A stretch of DNA of 64,000 nucleotides from Fimbriosthenelais zetlandica (lineage: Eukaryota), in NCBI GenBank assembly GCA_977030845.1, contig OZ365115.1, forward strand, positions 34,720,001 to 34,784,000, in the 5' to 3' direction. Under the pieces are notes generated by a model. That model was not told where the DNA came from and did not search any database. It saw only the letters and a program-made list of their open reading frames with translations. The stretch's first letter is position 1. Every line of letters begins with the position of its first letter. This document shows, piece after piece, positions 39,201 through 52,884 of this stretch. The translations under genes and the position numbers were made by a program.

Positions 39201-42200
39201 GAATGTTTAAATGCTCTTTAGTGGCAGTCGTTTTCTTTTATTCATCAGCTGGAATCAGATAAGATAAACGTTAATTATTAATTTGACATCTTCTTGAAGA
39301 CTTAAAACTTTTGGAGCAATCTCCCCACTATGTTCCTTTTCAACGATGTTATTTCTCAAAATTCATTGATGAGTTAGTTCTCGCTTTGCAAGTAGATTGG
39401 AGAGTTTAAATCTTACCTCGACATCTTAGATTTATACACTGAAAGCATACCGTGCTAATATCATAGAACTATATATAGTTCTGTGCTTGTATTACTCTTA
39501 TTCATGTTATTTAATTAAAACCCACCAATATAGAGTTGTCAAGAGCAGACTTGGGACAGACTTCAATGCGGTTGAAACAGAAGTATAGTGCCACTGAACC
39601 CACAATAGATCAATTGTCTGTCACAAAACAATAATTCTGATTGTTTACTGGCGATGGGCAGAGTACAATACATGTGGAGATGCTACCTGACCATCTTGAA
39701 AAAGAAGAGAGAAAAAAGAAATAAAAAAGCTGTAAATGGAGGGTAATATGTACTGAGTTATTAACGGTTAGGTGGATGTTGGGGTCTGTGACATGCACTG
39801 TACATGCAAGTATAGGGATGTGAGGCACCCACAATGGGTTAGATAAAAATATATTGGAATACTTGGGGGCCTTATAATGTGCAGAGGGTCAGAAGATGGG
39901 ATATAGAGAGGGAAATCCTTGTAATATCCCCTTGTTTTTAACCTTATATTTCAACTTATATTTCATTTTATATTTCAACTTCATTTATATTCAAAACGAC
40001 ATTACATATTTCGATATCGATAATGATATTATCTTTTATTAATTAGTATTTCCACATGAATTGAACCCAATGTCTTTATTTTGACACGGTAAAACGGTCT
40101 TATTTTATTTAGAATTTCGACAAATTGAAGTAGTTTTTAGGAAATACCTCGTGCACTTTCTGTACGGAAGCCATCTTGCCCTTGTCGCTCCTCGTTAAAC
40201 AACCTATAGCCTGTCGTGGCCCTGGTGGACCACGGTCCATTAAGACCTCTATCTCAGCTATATTATTCCCAGGTCCCTGACCCCAGACACTACGAGCATG
40301 TACCCGAGTCTATTGTGTGTTGTTTGGGGGCAGAGGTAGGGTCAGAATCAGGGTCCTCACTATAGGCCAGGTGGGCACGGAAATCACCTTAAAAACATTG
40401 GGCTTGTCTTGGGATTCTGGCAACTCTTCATTGCAATAATTTTGGCAAAGATATCCTTGCATTTTGCTTCTTAAATTGTGGCATGTGATAGGAGCTCCCT
40501 GACTTCTTTTGGCATGTGATAGGAGCTCTATACCTTCTTATATCAATAATTATATATCTTCAAGACGTAAACGACTGAAATCAAGCCTTGAAATATGTGA
40601 AAAATATGTAAGAGAACGCTGAAATCTGTTAAAGTGACCTATAATGTTTCAGATGCTCCCTTAAATGTAACTGAATTCCTCTGGTCCTCGATCGAGACCA
40701 ATACTGAAACAGGTGGGAAACTCTACAGGTATCTAATTTACCACATCTTATCTTTTCAGTCCATTGTTTGACTGTTTTCATCTCGTCCTTCATTTGCTTT
40801 GTGGATTCTTTGTCACGTCTCTGGGGCTGGTTTTAGTTTTGGGGATTAGTGAACCATCAAATGAGGAGCGGAGGTGTTCACTATCTGTGTGTATCAAATG
40901 GCGGCGTATCTATCTCACCCCCATTACCCGGTAACACTGCACCCACCTCTTATCTCCTCTAAACCTCCCCAGCCGGGAAAACAACCCCAGAATCAACAAC
41001 AAGCCTCCGCTCTTCCCCCTTACCGCCCTCACCCCGCACTACTTTCTTTGTATCATTGCGCGCGTCGCTAGCGCCAATCCGGGTATCTGCCACTTAACCT
41101 CCCATCAGGAAGATAGTCCGCGTGGGGATCGATGCCCGTCTGGGCTCTCAGGTTCCCCACAGACCAGTGCATGGGGTAGGAATGGGCGGGGTAAAGGGCT
41201 CTCAGACAGGGGATGTTTTTTTTTCTTTTTTATGAATTCAATAGGAGCAGGTTCTGGAGCTCCTGGCTAGTCATCCTTTTGTGATGACAGGTGAAGAGTT
41301 GGAACTTTGAATTGTAATTAAACCAGATGGGAATAAAAGATTTAATATTGTCACAATGCACAATCATAAGGTTTATTTGGTGTGGGAAGTATTGCAATCA
41401 TTGTAAAGCTGTTTTCTTTTATTTCAATCAATGAATAATCTTTATTTTTTCCTGATCTCTGATACCGTCTATCGATGATGCTATGCTGCATACTTTTCAT
41501 GTCACTTTACCTTCGTTGATATCTTAAGATTGATTTCTACGAATATCGATGATTGCTATATTATCTTTATGATAATAAAAGATCTTTTATTATGGTAATA
41601 AAAGATTTTGTTGTTACCGTAAAAATATATATCATTCTATAATATTGTTTTAACTTGTTAGAGTTAGTAGACCTATATAAAACCCTTGCCAATGATGGTA
41701 GGCAATAATACATGTGCAGACCTATCAGAGAATGCCTCGTAATGAAGGAGGGAATATTTGATTCGGTCAAATCCTGTGCAATCAGGTGAACTATATCCCT
41801 AGAGATAAAAGTCCCAAATAAAAGCGTAGACAAACAAGCATTGACGATAAACAAACATAGAAGAATGACCAGCTATAAAAACCATTGTATGAGTGGGATT
41901 AGTGAGGGGTAAACCTGCTTAAGGGTCCACCTTAAGACTCATCATTACTGCTAGCACACCTTTCATATCAGAGATCAAAGTGGTCAATTTGTGCCTTCCC
42001 TACTGGTCAGTGTGGCTCGACAAAGGTAGTGGACACAATGGTTGAAGGTAGGTGGATGAGGTGTCTGTGTTGGGGATATGATGGGTCGCAGCTTAGCTGG
42101 AGATTTGTGCGTGTATTGTTGGTTATAGCTCCCTGTAGTGGGAGGATGCTTTAGTGAGATATTAACCCTACCTTTGATGTGTCCACCTGAACCTTTGTCA

Positions 42201-42829
42201 TTGAGTTAATGGTTGATCTGTGCTGTCGTCTCAGTCAGGGGTAGGGTTAACGGAACGTCTTTGTTGGCGATCACTAAACTAAAGATTCCCTTTATATAGA
42301 TTCTCAGACGTGAAAAACAAGAATCTTATCCTTTTTCTTGGTGATTTGATTCTATGGATTGCCGCCGAAAACAAATGTATTATCTGAAAGGTTTGCACAA
42401 TTGCAAGGGCAAAATAGGGCGCTAATCCCCTAATTAGTAAACCATCTTCTTTGAAGTTATTTTTTGGAATTATTTCTAAAATAATATAAATGTATTTTAT
42501 CATTGGCAATGACACAAGATGCCCCTCTCTAGATATGAATTGTTCATTTCATCTTTGGTCCAAAAAATTTCCTTGGAATTACAAACTTAAATTCACACTT
42601 GATAACTAAAGTCTAACTTCATCTAAAACGTCAACTTTCGTAACCAATCTGCCTAGATGTTTGCCCAAACTTTAGCATTGCTAAAAGAAAAATGAACAAT
42701 TTAGTCATTGTTACCTCGGGGCATATCCAAATGACGAGTATAGAACTTTCATAAGTACATTTACTGACACAAACATAGGTTGACAGTGATTGACACCTAT
42801 GTTAGGAGCACACCTCTCACCCCGTCACC

Positions 42830-43000
42830 CCCCACCACTAGCATCCCCTCTCACCCCCCCCCCCCCCACCACTAACACCCCCTCTCATATCCCCCCCCCC
42901 GCCACTAACACCCCCTCTCATACCTCCCCCCCCCCCCCCACCACTAACACCCCCTCTCATACCCCCCCCCCGCCACTAACACCCCCTCTCATACCCCATA
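42830..43000. repeat. C-rich ~33-36-bp tandem repeat x5
   Basis: The unit is Cn-(A/G)CCACTAACACCCCCTCTCATA. Confidence 0.85.
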
Positions 43001-43954
43001 CGACACCTGTAAACACCTTACATTTGTATACCTGTCCTACCTGCCCCGTTAATCCTGTCCAGGTGGGACTCTCAGCTCAGGTAAAAGACCATCAAGGGGT
43101 TTACCTCCCCCCTACCTCCCCCCCTACCTCCCCCCTACAGGTGTTAGACCATCTTCAACACTGACACCCTCTCAACATGCTTTGTTGTCTCACTAGGAGC
43201 ACACATGAAGGTTCTTTACACAACAAGCTTTTCTTTTCCATTCTTGCTTTCTTAATCCTAGAAAATACTCTTGATTTCTTAGTAAGAGTGTAGGAAGGTT
43301 TGTGAAAGCAGTATGGGGCATAGTTTGTTTACAGAATTATTTGTATTTGGGGACAAAAATTGATTCATTTTTGTCAAAAGTTGGGGAACCCCTGCCCCCC
43401 TTCACACACCATTTCATCCTATTGTTGTTGCATACCAAAACAAAGGCATTTATTAGTATTGGCTAAGTATCTTTACCTATATCAATCTTATTTCCACATG
43501 CAGCGCCACTGATTCCCCACAAATCATTCAACAAAGTTGTTTTGACGAACATATAACAACATAACGGAACATATCACCTTAATAAAAACCTTTTTACTTG
43601 GTCGTTGCGTCTAGACGCATGTTTTGGGATGCTTCCCTTGTCTTGGACTTGTGTTAATTTCAATCCAAACCACACACGGGGTATTTGGTCATTACTGTGG
43701 CGTCTCCCTCCACCTACCGTTAGTCTAGCCACTTGTAAATGTACATTACGTAACACCTCATCTATACACCCCTCAACCTTACCTTTACCCCCCGCCACCT
43801 GGTCCAGCCAGGTATATGTTACCTGTACCTCTCAATGACTACTTACCACACCTGTAATTGAAGGATTTACCTGTGTATCATGGGGTATAGAGGTATAGGG
43901 GTGGGGCTGGGGCTCAGGTGCGAGGTGGGGCCATATACCCATCACAGGCTGTTT

Positions 43955-44065
43955 GACTTGGGAGATCCCGAGTTTATTTCTTCTCAACAATTCCCCAATT
44001 TGACTGCATTGCCCAATTTAATTTGAGTCTTTTCCTTTCAATTGCTGCTAACTGAGATATCAATT
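43955..44065 (+). mobile_element. Highly degenerate SINE family copy
   Basis: A GGGAGATCCCGAGTT head remnant and a GCTGCTAACTGAGATATCAA core remnant are present. Confidence 0.45.
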
Positions 44066-44657
44066 AATGACAAGCCTTGTCTTACTATACCTACATTGAG
44101 AGTCATGTATACATTCCTGAAATTACTGCAGACCTTGGTAGAGTATGGCGGAAATATGGGAGAAATTATCTCTACATTGTATTAATCTATAGTAATTTTA
44201 GCAATATATTGTATTATCAGCAGAGAAGGACAAATTTGATCAGCCTTTTGATTGAAGATCTAACGACCCATAAGTAACTTGTCCATCCATTGGTTAAAGT
44301 ATCTAAGCACATGTTGTTAGAACGTTTGCAAAAGAGCTGAAATCTGGGATAAAATGTCGTTTTTCCAGGTTTTTGAACCTGTTCACCTTCTCGCTGTATT
44401 GCCCTACTCGTCCCTGGCCGTCTCTTTATGTGGGGGCCTGGGGACAGACAACAGACCAATGGTGCGCGCCCCAGTCTCTCACTTCATTTAACACAATATT
44501 CTGTCTCCTCGAGTCATCTCTCTACCCATCCCTTATACCGAGAGGTGGATGAGGTGGGCTAGTCAATGTTAGAGGACGGGGGAGAGGGGGCAGGGGCAGA
44601 AGGGCACAGGGCAAGGGCCAGGGGGGTGCAATGGATCTTAAGGGTTTACATGTCTCT

Positions 44658-44892
44658 CCCCACAGATAGTGGGAGGCATGGCTGACCTTTACAAGCCTCT
44701 CACCACAGATAGTGGAAGACATGACTGGCCTTTTACAAGCCTCTTACCACAGACAGTGGGAGACATGGCTGGCCTTTTACAAGCCTCTTACCACAGACAG
44801 TGGGAGACATGGCTGGCCTTTTACAAGCCCCTTACCACAGACAGTGGAAGACATGGCTGGCCTTTTACAAGCCTCTCCCCACAGACAGTAGG
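44658..44892 (-). repeat. 44-bp minisatellite (about 5.3 copies) derived from the SINE core
   Basis: The unit is TACCACAGACAGTGGGAGACATGGCTGGCCTTTTACAAGCCTCT. Its reverse complement matches the SINE segment AAAGGCCAGTCATGTCTCCCACTGTCTGTGG-GAGAGGCATGTA. Confidence 0.85.
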
Positions 44893-47800
44893 CCTATAGG
44901 GCAACATGCCTGGCTTTTTATTAACCATTTACCATCCCTCGCCACCGATAATGTCCTTTCCCTCGTTATCCCTGGGACCGCAATACGAGCCATTGTGACA
45001 GCGCTTAGAGGAGGTTTTGACTCCTATTTAAGTGCATTACACTCTGATGTCTTTATTAGTGTCTGCAGGGACAGGGGGTGTCAATCTGTGACAGGAGAGA
45101 TGTGATTTTATTGTCAAGCCTCACAATAGGAGGCCCCGTGCCCCCTGCAGCCCTATAGCACATCAGCATATTGTCAGAGTGTGACTCTATGTCCGCCCCC
45201 TCTACTCATCTCCATTTATAGGCCTATCTGTACACTATGGAGCCCCCAGAATAGTCTTGCTAAGGTCCTTTTAACTATTGTGTTTAGTCTCTGCAGTTCA
45301 CACCACCAATAATAAAAGTGATGTGTGTAGTTCACTTCGGTTTCACTGCTTATGAATCTTTAAGTTTATTATCCTATTAAAGGCCAGCTGCTATTGCAGT
45401 TGTTCCGAGTGTGTAGCTGCATTATACCACAGGATTGCAAGGCATTTTATTAGAAGGAAATTGCAATGAAAAGTTGCCAGAATAGCAAGACAAACATCTC
45501 AATTTGAATTGAGGAGGACCTGGGCTAGTCTAGCTTGTTAGCAGACACCTCAGTAAGGTGATGTCTTGGTTCATATTTTAGTTTCTATAAGATGACAAAA
45601 GGTCGCCCCACCACCGTCACGCCCCCTAACGGCTTCCACGACTACTGGAATGTGCTCCTTGCCCTTCATTTTGGGCGTTTTTTAAAAGATTTCATTTTAT
45701 TGGGATATTTCTTCTCTGACCCTCCTTTCAATCTGAAGGGACGATTTCATTAGCCTACATAAACATCTTGATGCCAAGTTAATTCGGAGCGATTTTAATT
45801 TTAGACTTTATTGGGTTTGATGCGGATGCAGCTGGGAAGAAAGGAGAAAATAAATGAAGATCGTCGAGTGACAAGGATGGAAAGGTTTCATTAAGAGGTG
45901 TAAGGGCTTTAAGTGGTTTACAGTGAAGACGGATGAATCCCAGGAGAGATGGGGGAGAGTGGAGTGAAGCTCATTCACTGTTATCTTGTCATTGTCCGCG
46001 TCGTCATGACGATATCGCCTTAACGACGTCGTCAAGGTGACCAAACAAGCCTCGTTTCCACGGCCAATTGGTCCTGGTCAAGACAGCGTGCGCTCAGTTA
46101 GTGGCGGACAAAGTGGACACTTGACCGGAAACTAGGATGTCTGTCCATCTCCAATTGTCGGGCTAGTCTGGCGTGGACATTCTCGTAGAATCTCGTAGAA
46201 TCTCGGGGAGAGAAGGAGGCCAGGTGTTTCCTGTGTAAGGTGCTGAGTCATTGTACTCGGGAAGATCTCGCTGAATCTCGTCCGGATCTCGCCCCCGGCG
46301 CGAGATGAGACGCGGGACTTGGCTGTTTCCTCTCGTGGATTCACGTACTGTCTCGTTTATTGGCGAGGTTACAGCTCCCTGTCGTCTTTTTTGTCCCCTC
46401 ACTTCCTCTCTTCGCTGACTTGCAGCCAAATCTTTCACCCTGAAACGTTTAACCCATTTCCTGCTTTTCCAATAAATGAGCATTCTTCTTTTATAATAGG
46501 CCTAAATCTGGTCTGAAATCCCACCGTATATTGTTCTGGAGAGCTTTATGAATCTCCAGTAGGATTCCTTCAGTTTCCATTTAGATTTGTGTGAGTGCAT
46601 TTACCATAATGTCATAGGGATTATATAATTGCATTACAAACAGTAACAAATTGTCTACTCCATTAGTCAGAATAATCCCTGATATCTCGGTGATAATTGC
46701 CCTCATACCAAATGACATCTTCACGATGTTCCCTACAACCTGCAAATTACCTAATAATTACAGAAGGGATACCTAAATGTGTTCTCAGGAATTGAACAAA
46801 ATCCAAAACAACAACAAGTTGTTGGTCAGGGGCTTCCGTGGGTGGTGGCATGGGTCATTCACAGCGACATGTCAACTCTAAACCCCCACACAATCATTAG
46901 AGGGCAATTTAACCCGGGAATTGTCTCTACAATTATCTATCTATGTTTGCTTAACAACAATTGTACGCTACTTCTGTGTCAGGTTATTTTGATTGGGGAT
47001 TAAGTAAGGGCCATTTGTGGTCGATAGTGTGAAAACAGTTAATATTTACGACCTCGGAAAACTGGATAATGAATAGAAAACCCCCATATAACGGATGCTA
47101 ACCGGACTTAACTATTGTGTAAAGTTATGGAATTTGTTGTAATTGGCAAGGGGTCTTAGATTTATAAGCCGAGGCTTACACTGAAATTCAGATAAAAGAA
47201 TAAGATGTTATCAATAAGTTAGGGGTGGCAATAGAGTATATTTCCTATTGTGATTTGCAATCGACTTCCTGGAATTCTCATGATAAAAATTAGTTTGCAT
47301 TACAAGGATTTGTATCCTATATAATAGGATGATGTAAATAAATTGATGTTCAAATTCCTATAGATAAAATCAAATTCTATGATTTCATGAATTTAGCACC
47401 CATTCAGCAGATTAGCAGCTGTCTTACAACCTTAGATAATTAAGAAAAAGAAAATAAAATGACCCAGGACAAACTTGATCTTTTTTGGGTCCTTCTTTTG
47501 ACCTTCAAAATCTTAAGACGCTTGATGCGTCTATCCAAGAGGGATTCCTTTCTCTTTTTGTCTGGATCTTTTATATCAGAATCTATTTTAGTTGTGTTTT
47601 TCTGTTAGAACCTTCAGGTGGATTACCACAGTAGGTTTTCTCTTTAAATACAGGTGCAAAAGGCCTTTGTTGTGTCCACTCTTCACTCTCCTTCAATCCT
47701 TAAGTTTGTTTCCGCTTGACCGACCCTCTTAGCTTTCTCTCCCGTCCATGCATGAAATGAACATACTAGATACAGGCTAATTGACACAGCCGGGGTGGGT

Positions 47801-50076
47801 TAATTAGGGCTGTTCTAATTGTGACTGTTTGTATGGGTGTTAGATGGATGGAGGTATAATGAATGTATAGCCTCCTGTAGGTGTTATATACACATTATAT
47901 GGACGACCTCCCTGCTGTCACACTGTCACATATCGTGTTATTATAGCGTCAAATGGTGACTGTATACAATCAATGATTGACAGACAGCGCATCATTACCG
48001 CGGATCATAGGTGATAATCACAGACAATCAATGTTAACGCATTATTCATTATCCTTACAAAATGTCTTAAACCATCTTTAATTCTTTAAAACAATACTTT
48101 AAGAACATTTTATGCAAGCGGCTTGCCCAAAGAGGCAAGAGGCATGCCTAAACGAAAAAAAATTGTCCATATTCCCAGCTCAAAGATAGTTCAATTCGAA
48201 ATTGTTGCAAATGAATACCTTTCAATGCGAGAGACAAATGAGTATTCTTGTTACTTGAGAGGAAATGAGTACTATTAGAGAGGCAATAGAGTATAGTTAT
48301 GGAGAGAATTCAGATTTGTTCATAGATATTGTGTTATCTTTCGGGATAAAATCAAGGATAGTAGAGTTACTAGGATATTGTAAATCCTTGATTTATAGAG
48401 TATCCTTGATAAAATCCCAATTAATACATTGTCTTCTTACTATATCCCTTGATCAGCCAGTTTTTTTTTAATATGACAGTTCTCCTTTGAAAAAAAATTC
48501 TAAATCTGAACAAATGAAATCAAAGTTGGCCCCCTGTGGGGAGGATTTGTGAAGAACGTTGAGGGAGGTCTTGTACTGTTTTCTCATCCACGCGTCTCAG
48601 ACGCATGCTAATCATGTTCATGACGTCATCACATGTTAATACCCATGTTAACTAAAGTCTGGTGTCAGAAATAGACACCTATATAACACCCACCTCTATT
48701 GTTCGGATTAAGACCACAAAAGAGGGATGAGCCGATGTTAGCTTTCATCTAATGCCATGAACAGCTTCCCTGGTTCTAAAAACGGGTCCTAGATTTACCT
48801 TGTTGCTCGGAATCTTTCATATTGAAGCTAAACTTTAATCCCAACATCTATATTGGTAAAAGAAGAGTATTTCCATAGATTTGGAAAAAGAAAAGTATAT
48901 TATTTATTAGAAACAAATAGATATTTAATTGAAGCAAGTTCCCAGATATTACTCTGAAATATTAATAAACTCTTCCTTGCTGTTCCTCATTTGTCGTCAC
49001 CTTCATTTTCAACACCTGGTTTTGAGCTGAGCCCAGCCTACCTATACATGTAGAAGTCATACAGAATTTTTAATAACCCGTTCCCGTGTATACATGTTTT
49101 CTCGGTACCCACACACATTATAATAAATATGATTAGACTGGGCCAGGCTTTCTGCCTTGCTTCACTCCGTCAATAACATCTATACAATATGAGAACTACA
49201 TTCCTCAAATGAGCTTTGAATATTGAATGAATGGACCATCTGCCAGTCCGGCATGTGTAGGGCATTTAGTCCTCATGGCGGAGAGCCCCTTCAACTAGCC
49301 AACCTAGAGAAGGGAGTCACTGAGACAGAGAGAGGAGAAAGACAGAGAGATAGAGACATAGACAGAGAGAGAAGGATAGGGAGAGACAGTGACAACGCGA
49401 CGTCAGGGAAGGGCAGACAGAAAGACAGAGAGACGTATAAGACATGCAGAAATAGAGACAGAAAGAGGGTGAGACTGAGTCTCAGACTCCATGGGACAGG
49501 GAGAGACGGAGATAGACAGATACACGTAGATAGATAGACAGAAAGAAACGAGAAGAGAGTGGTTGAGAAATAATGTAAATACACAGATAGAGAGCAGGAG
49601 AGAGAGAAACTGAGAGAGGAAAGAGAGAAACTTTGACATACTATTAGGAGAGAAACTGACAGAGAGGAGTGAAAAGGGAGGGGGAGATAAGAAGAGAGAG
49701 AGAGAGGGGGCATGTGTGGAGGGTACATTATGGGATGGCATTATGTTTGTACAGATGGCCCTCACATGTTTGCATGTTACTTCATTTCACGTGGAAGTAA
49801 CAAGTAGAGAATATGTCACTTGTAAATACTCTCCCCACCCTCCTCCACACCCCCCCCCCCCCGGCCTTCCTCCTCCCTCTCCCCCTCTGCCTTTCTCCTC
49901 GCCCTCCGCCTCATCATAGACGTAGATAGATGGACCGCCAACTCTGAAGTCTCGCGCATTGACTTCAATGCAAATAACGCCGGCCACGAGAAGCCGCGAG
50001 AAACAGGATAGTTGACTTCCGGTTACATTCTCACACGCTTGTGGGTGTGGTTGTACTCTGCTATTTTGTCGTAAAT

Positions 50077-51800
50077 ATGGATTACAATGAATTCAATGAT
50101 GTGTTAGAGGTAAGTTTCCACTTATTTATTTGATATCCAACCAGGGTAAGACAAACAGAGAAGTTGTTATATGATTTAATCGTATTTATGTGAGGTAAAT
50201 GCCGGCGAAGTTGCCGGGTCACGGACCTGTCTGCCACTAGTGTCAGGCCCACTGCCGCTGTCAGAGAGGGACACAGTTCCCAGCCCGTTCTAGTGTCTCG
50301 TCTAGCCCCTACTCAGGCTACTATAGGCTAGATAAAATATTCATCCCCTGGGTCCCCGACAGGACAGGGAGCCGATCATATTGTCTAAACTGTAGGCTTG
50401 TATTTGTACATCAAAATGTAAGCCTAGTCCTAGGCCCCTCCTTGCTTCGGGAATTGTGGTTGATAACGCTTCCAATGAAAAAAGGTTTCCCCATGTCTGA
50501 TGTAGGGGCTAATTTTTTTTTAAATGGTCAGGATTCTGAGGAAAATGCTATAATTCAAGTAGCTTAGGCCTGCATAGGCCTAGTCAGTTCGTGTAGGTAG
50601 GCTAGCCTCAATTGTATTATAAAGCATTAAAGGACCTAAATTATGGAATCATCTCCCAAATTATTTACGGGAAATAAAATCTCTCTATTCATCAAATAAA
50701 ACATTTCTTTATGTAACTTAAATCAACAATTAATACCGTAATAAGTGATAATGTTTCAACATATTCTAATATAATAATATATATCAATTAATGTTCAAAC
50801 CTCATGTTCTGTAAAAAGTCCCTGTATATGTAAAGGGAACATATAAGCCCTTCGAGGTTTCTGTTCTTATATAAATTTTATTTTTGTCATTTCCAACCTG
50901 TTAATTGTTACTTTGTTATTTTGAATAAAAAAATAAAAAATTCCGGGGGGGGGGGGGGGGGGGGTGGTAGGCTAATTTCAATCAGGCCATAGATAGGCTA
51001 GGCCTAACGCTATTATTAGGCTTAGTCCTATGCATAACCATCTGTATTGTAATACACTTGGCATTACATTTACTTTATCGGCCATAGATAATAGTTCTCT
51101 ATCATCTATACATAACCCATGCCATAGTTATAGCCATAGTCTAGGACGATATGGCCTATTATAGGTGTTTCTGCCACCACGTCTGATGATGTGCCTCGCT
51201 TTGAAATATATTAAAATGTTAGGCCCAATGATTTGATTTCCACGGCATTCCATTGTCACCCAAAAAATTTCTGTGTTGATTGCCAGTAACCTAACTGTTT
51301 GTAATTAACAATTTTAGGTCCTCACGGCAGGCCTACATGATTATAATCACTGAAACACAAGGCCAAGGTCTAGCAAAATGACGGTGAGTAAATGACATTT
51401 GGATAATTACAAAAATAGTGTCAAGTTGTAAGGTCCGCGGGGACCTACAGAATTTCTTAATTTAATATATATGGATACCCGTAATATTACTGCAAATACA
51501 TTAGTTCAATTTAACTATTTTAAGATCTTAAGGTTAAACTAGACTGCTGTTATATTGTTCATGAAAATATACAGTGAATGTTCATATTATTACGGATATA
51601 TGTAGTATTAATATTTCTTATTTTCATGATACAGAAGGATGGACTAGCATTGGATTCCACATTGGATAAACGAGTGCTAAACACCGGGTATTGGCAGTTG
51701 TGCCTGTGTCCAAGGATGAATATAATTCGAGTAGGCTAGAAAAATTCTTAGAAGATGTCAAAATAAGAGATCAATTGTTACTGTTTTTACTGTGTTGATT
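50077..51800 (+). pseudogene. Degenerate spliced gene remnant inside the P-like element
   Basis: Exon-like pieces: 50077-50109 (ATG...GAG|GTAAGT, MDYNEFNDVLE); 51318-51383 (ttttAG...ACG|GTGAGT, 66 nt, VLTAGLHDYNH*NTRPRSSKMT with one in-frame stop); and a piece from 51635 (ttttcatgatacAG|, KDGLALDSTLDKRVLNT then, after a frameshift, VLAVVPVSKDEYNSSRLEKFLEDVKIRDQ). The phases are compatible (0/0). The product was not recognised. Confidence 0.45.
50821..50942 (+). mobile_element. Possible truncated 3' tail of a non-LTR (L2/CR1-like) retroelement
   Basis: A small stem-loop (GAACATATAAGCCC-TTCG-AGGTTTCTGTTC) is followed by a T-rich stretch and an AATAAAAAAATAAAAAA tail. No ORF or TSD is visible. 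Confidence 0.3.
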
Positions 51801-52831
51801 AAACTAGTAACTTTGATATATGTATCAGTTACAAATATTGAATATTTTTAGAATATCATTGTTTTATCACTTTGTCTTTGCGTACCGTACCTTGGCGCAT
51901 ATGATATATGAAGTTATTTTTTTTATTTATAGGCCTATTTTTTTAAATTTAACAATGAATTCGTCTGTGATATGAACATTTTCTGACAGATAATAAAACA
52001 TATAATGAAAAAATGGATAGCTTATAATTATTTCTTCACTTGAAGGGGCCGATCATAAAGGCTAGGCTAGAATATGCCTGAAAATCCTTGCTATGAATGT
52101 TTTGTATTATTAGGCCTATAGTACAGTACGTACTAATATAGTAACACTTATTATAGACAAATACCGGTAATTATTTAATATTTAAGTAGGAACATGGTGG
52201 TAGAAAAACCTAAAGGCTCTAGACCAGGTTTTTTCAGTAGGCCTACGGTACCGGTAGGCTTATCCTAGGACTAGGCTTCTTTAAATTTAGCTTAAATCAC
52301 CACCCCTGGAATAAGGGCTAGCCTAGGCCGCGAATATAGGCCTATATATAGCCTCGATTCGAAAAATGGCTTTAGGCCGCCTGGAGATTCAATTTCAGAC
52401 GAAGATACCGGTAGGCCTACCTTACTGGTACTTTCTTCATTGCCTTGTAAGTTGTAGGCCTAGCCCCATCCCAGGCCTAGCGGAAATATTTATAGAGTTC
52501 ACACTGGTTCAAACATCTGCTTGGATTAAGGCCGAGGCTATACCCGGTAGGCCGTAGGCTAGGCTTATAACCTATCGAGCTATAGGCCTACATATTCAGG
52601 CCCAAGGGCTAGGCAGACATGGTTTTAGTTTCGGCAACACTTTTTCAGAGGCATCAGAACTGATGAGGCCTGACAGAGTTGTTATGAAAGATAATATCCA
52701 GCATACCGGTACCAATTAAAATCTGAGGATTGAAGTAAAGATCTTCAGGATAACACAAGTAAATACTATCACCGACTAGGCCCTGATGTTGTTACACGGC
52801 CTAGCGGTAGGCTTACTGCTGTAGCCTAGGC

Positions 52832-52884
52832 CATAGATAATAGTAGAACTACTATTATCTATAGTAGAACTACTATTATCTATG
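52832..52884. mobile_element. Nested 53-bp palindromic mini-element with CATAG...CTATG ends and a 7-bp TSD
   Basis: The sequence is CATAGATAATAGTAG-AA-CTACTATTATCTATG (15-bp perfect inverted repeat) with an internal 21-bp tandem duplication. It is flanked by CCTAGGC at 52825-52831 and 52885-52891. Confidence 0.78.
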
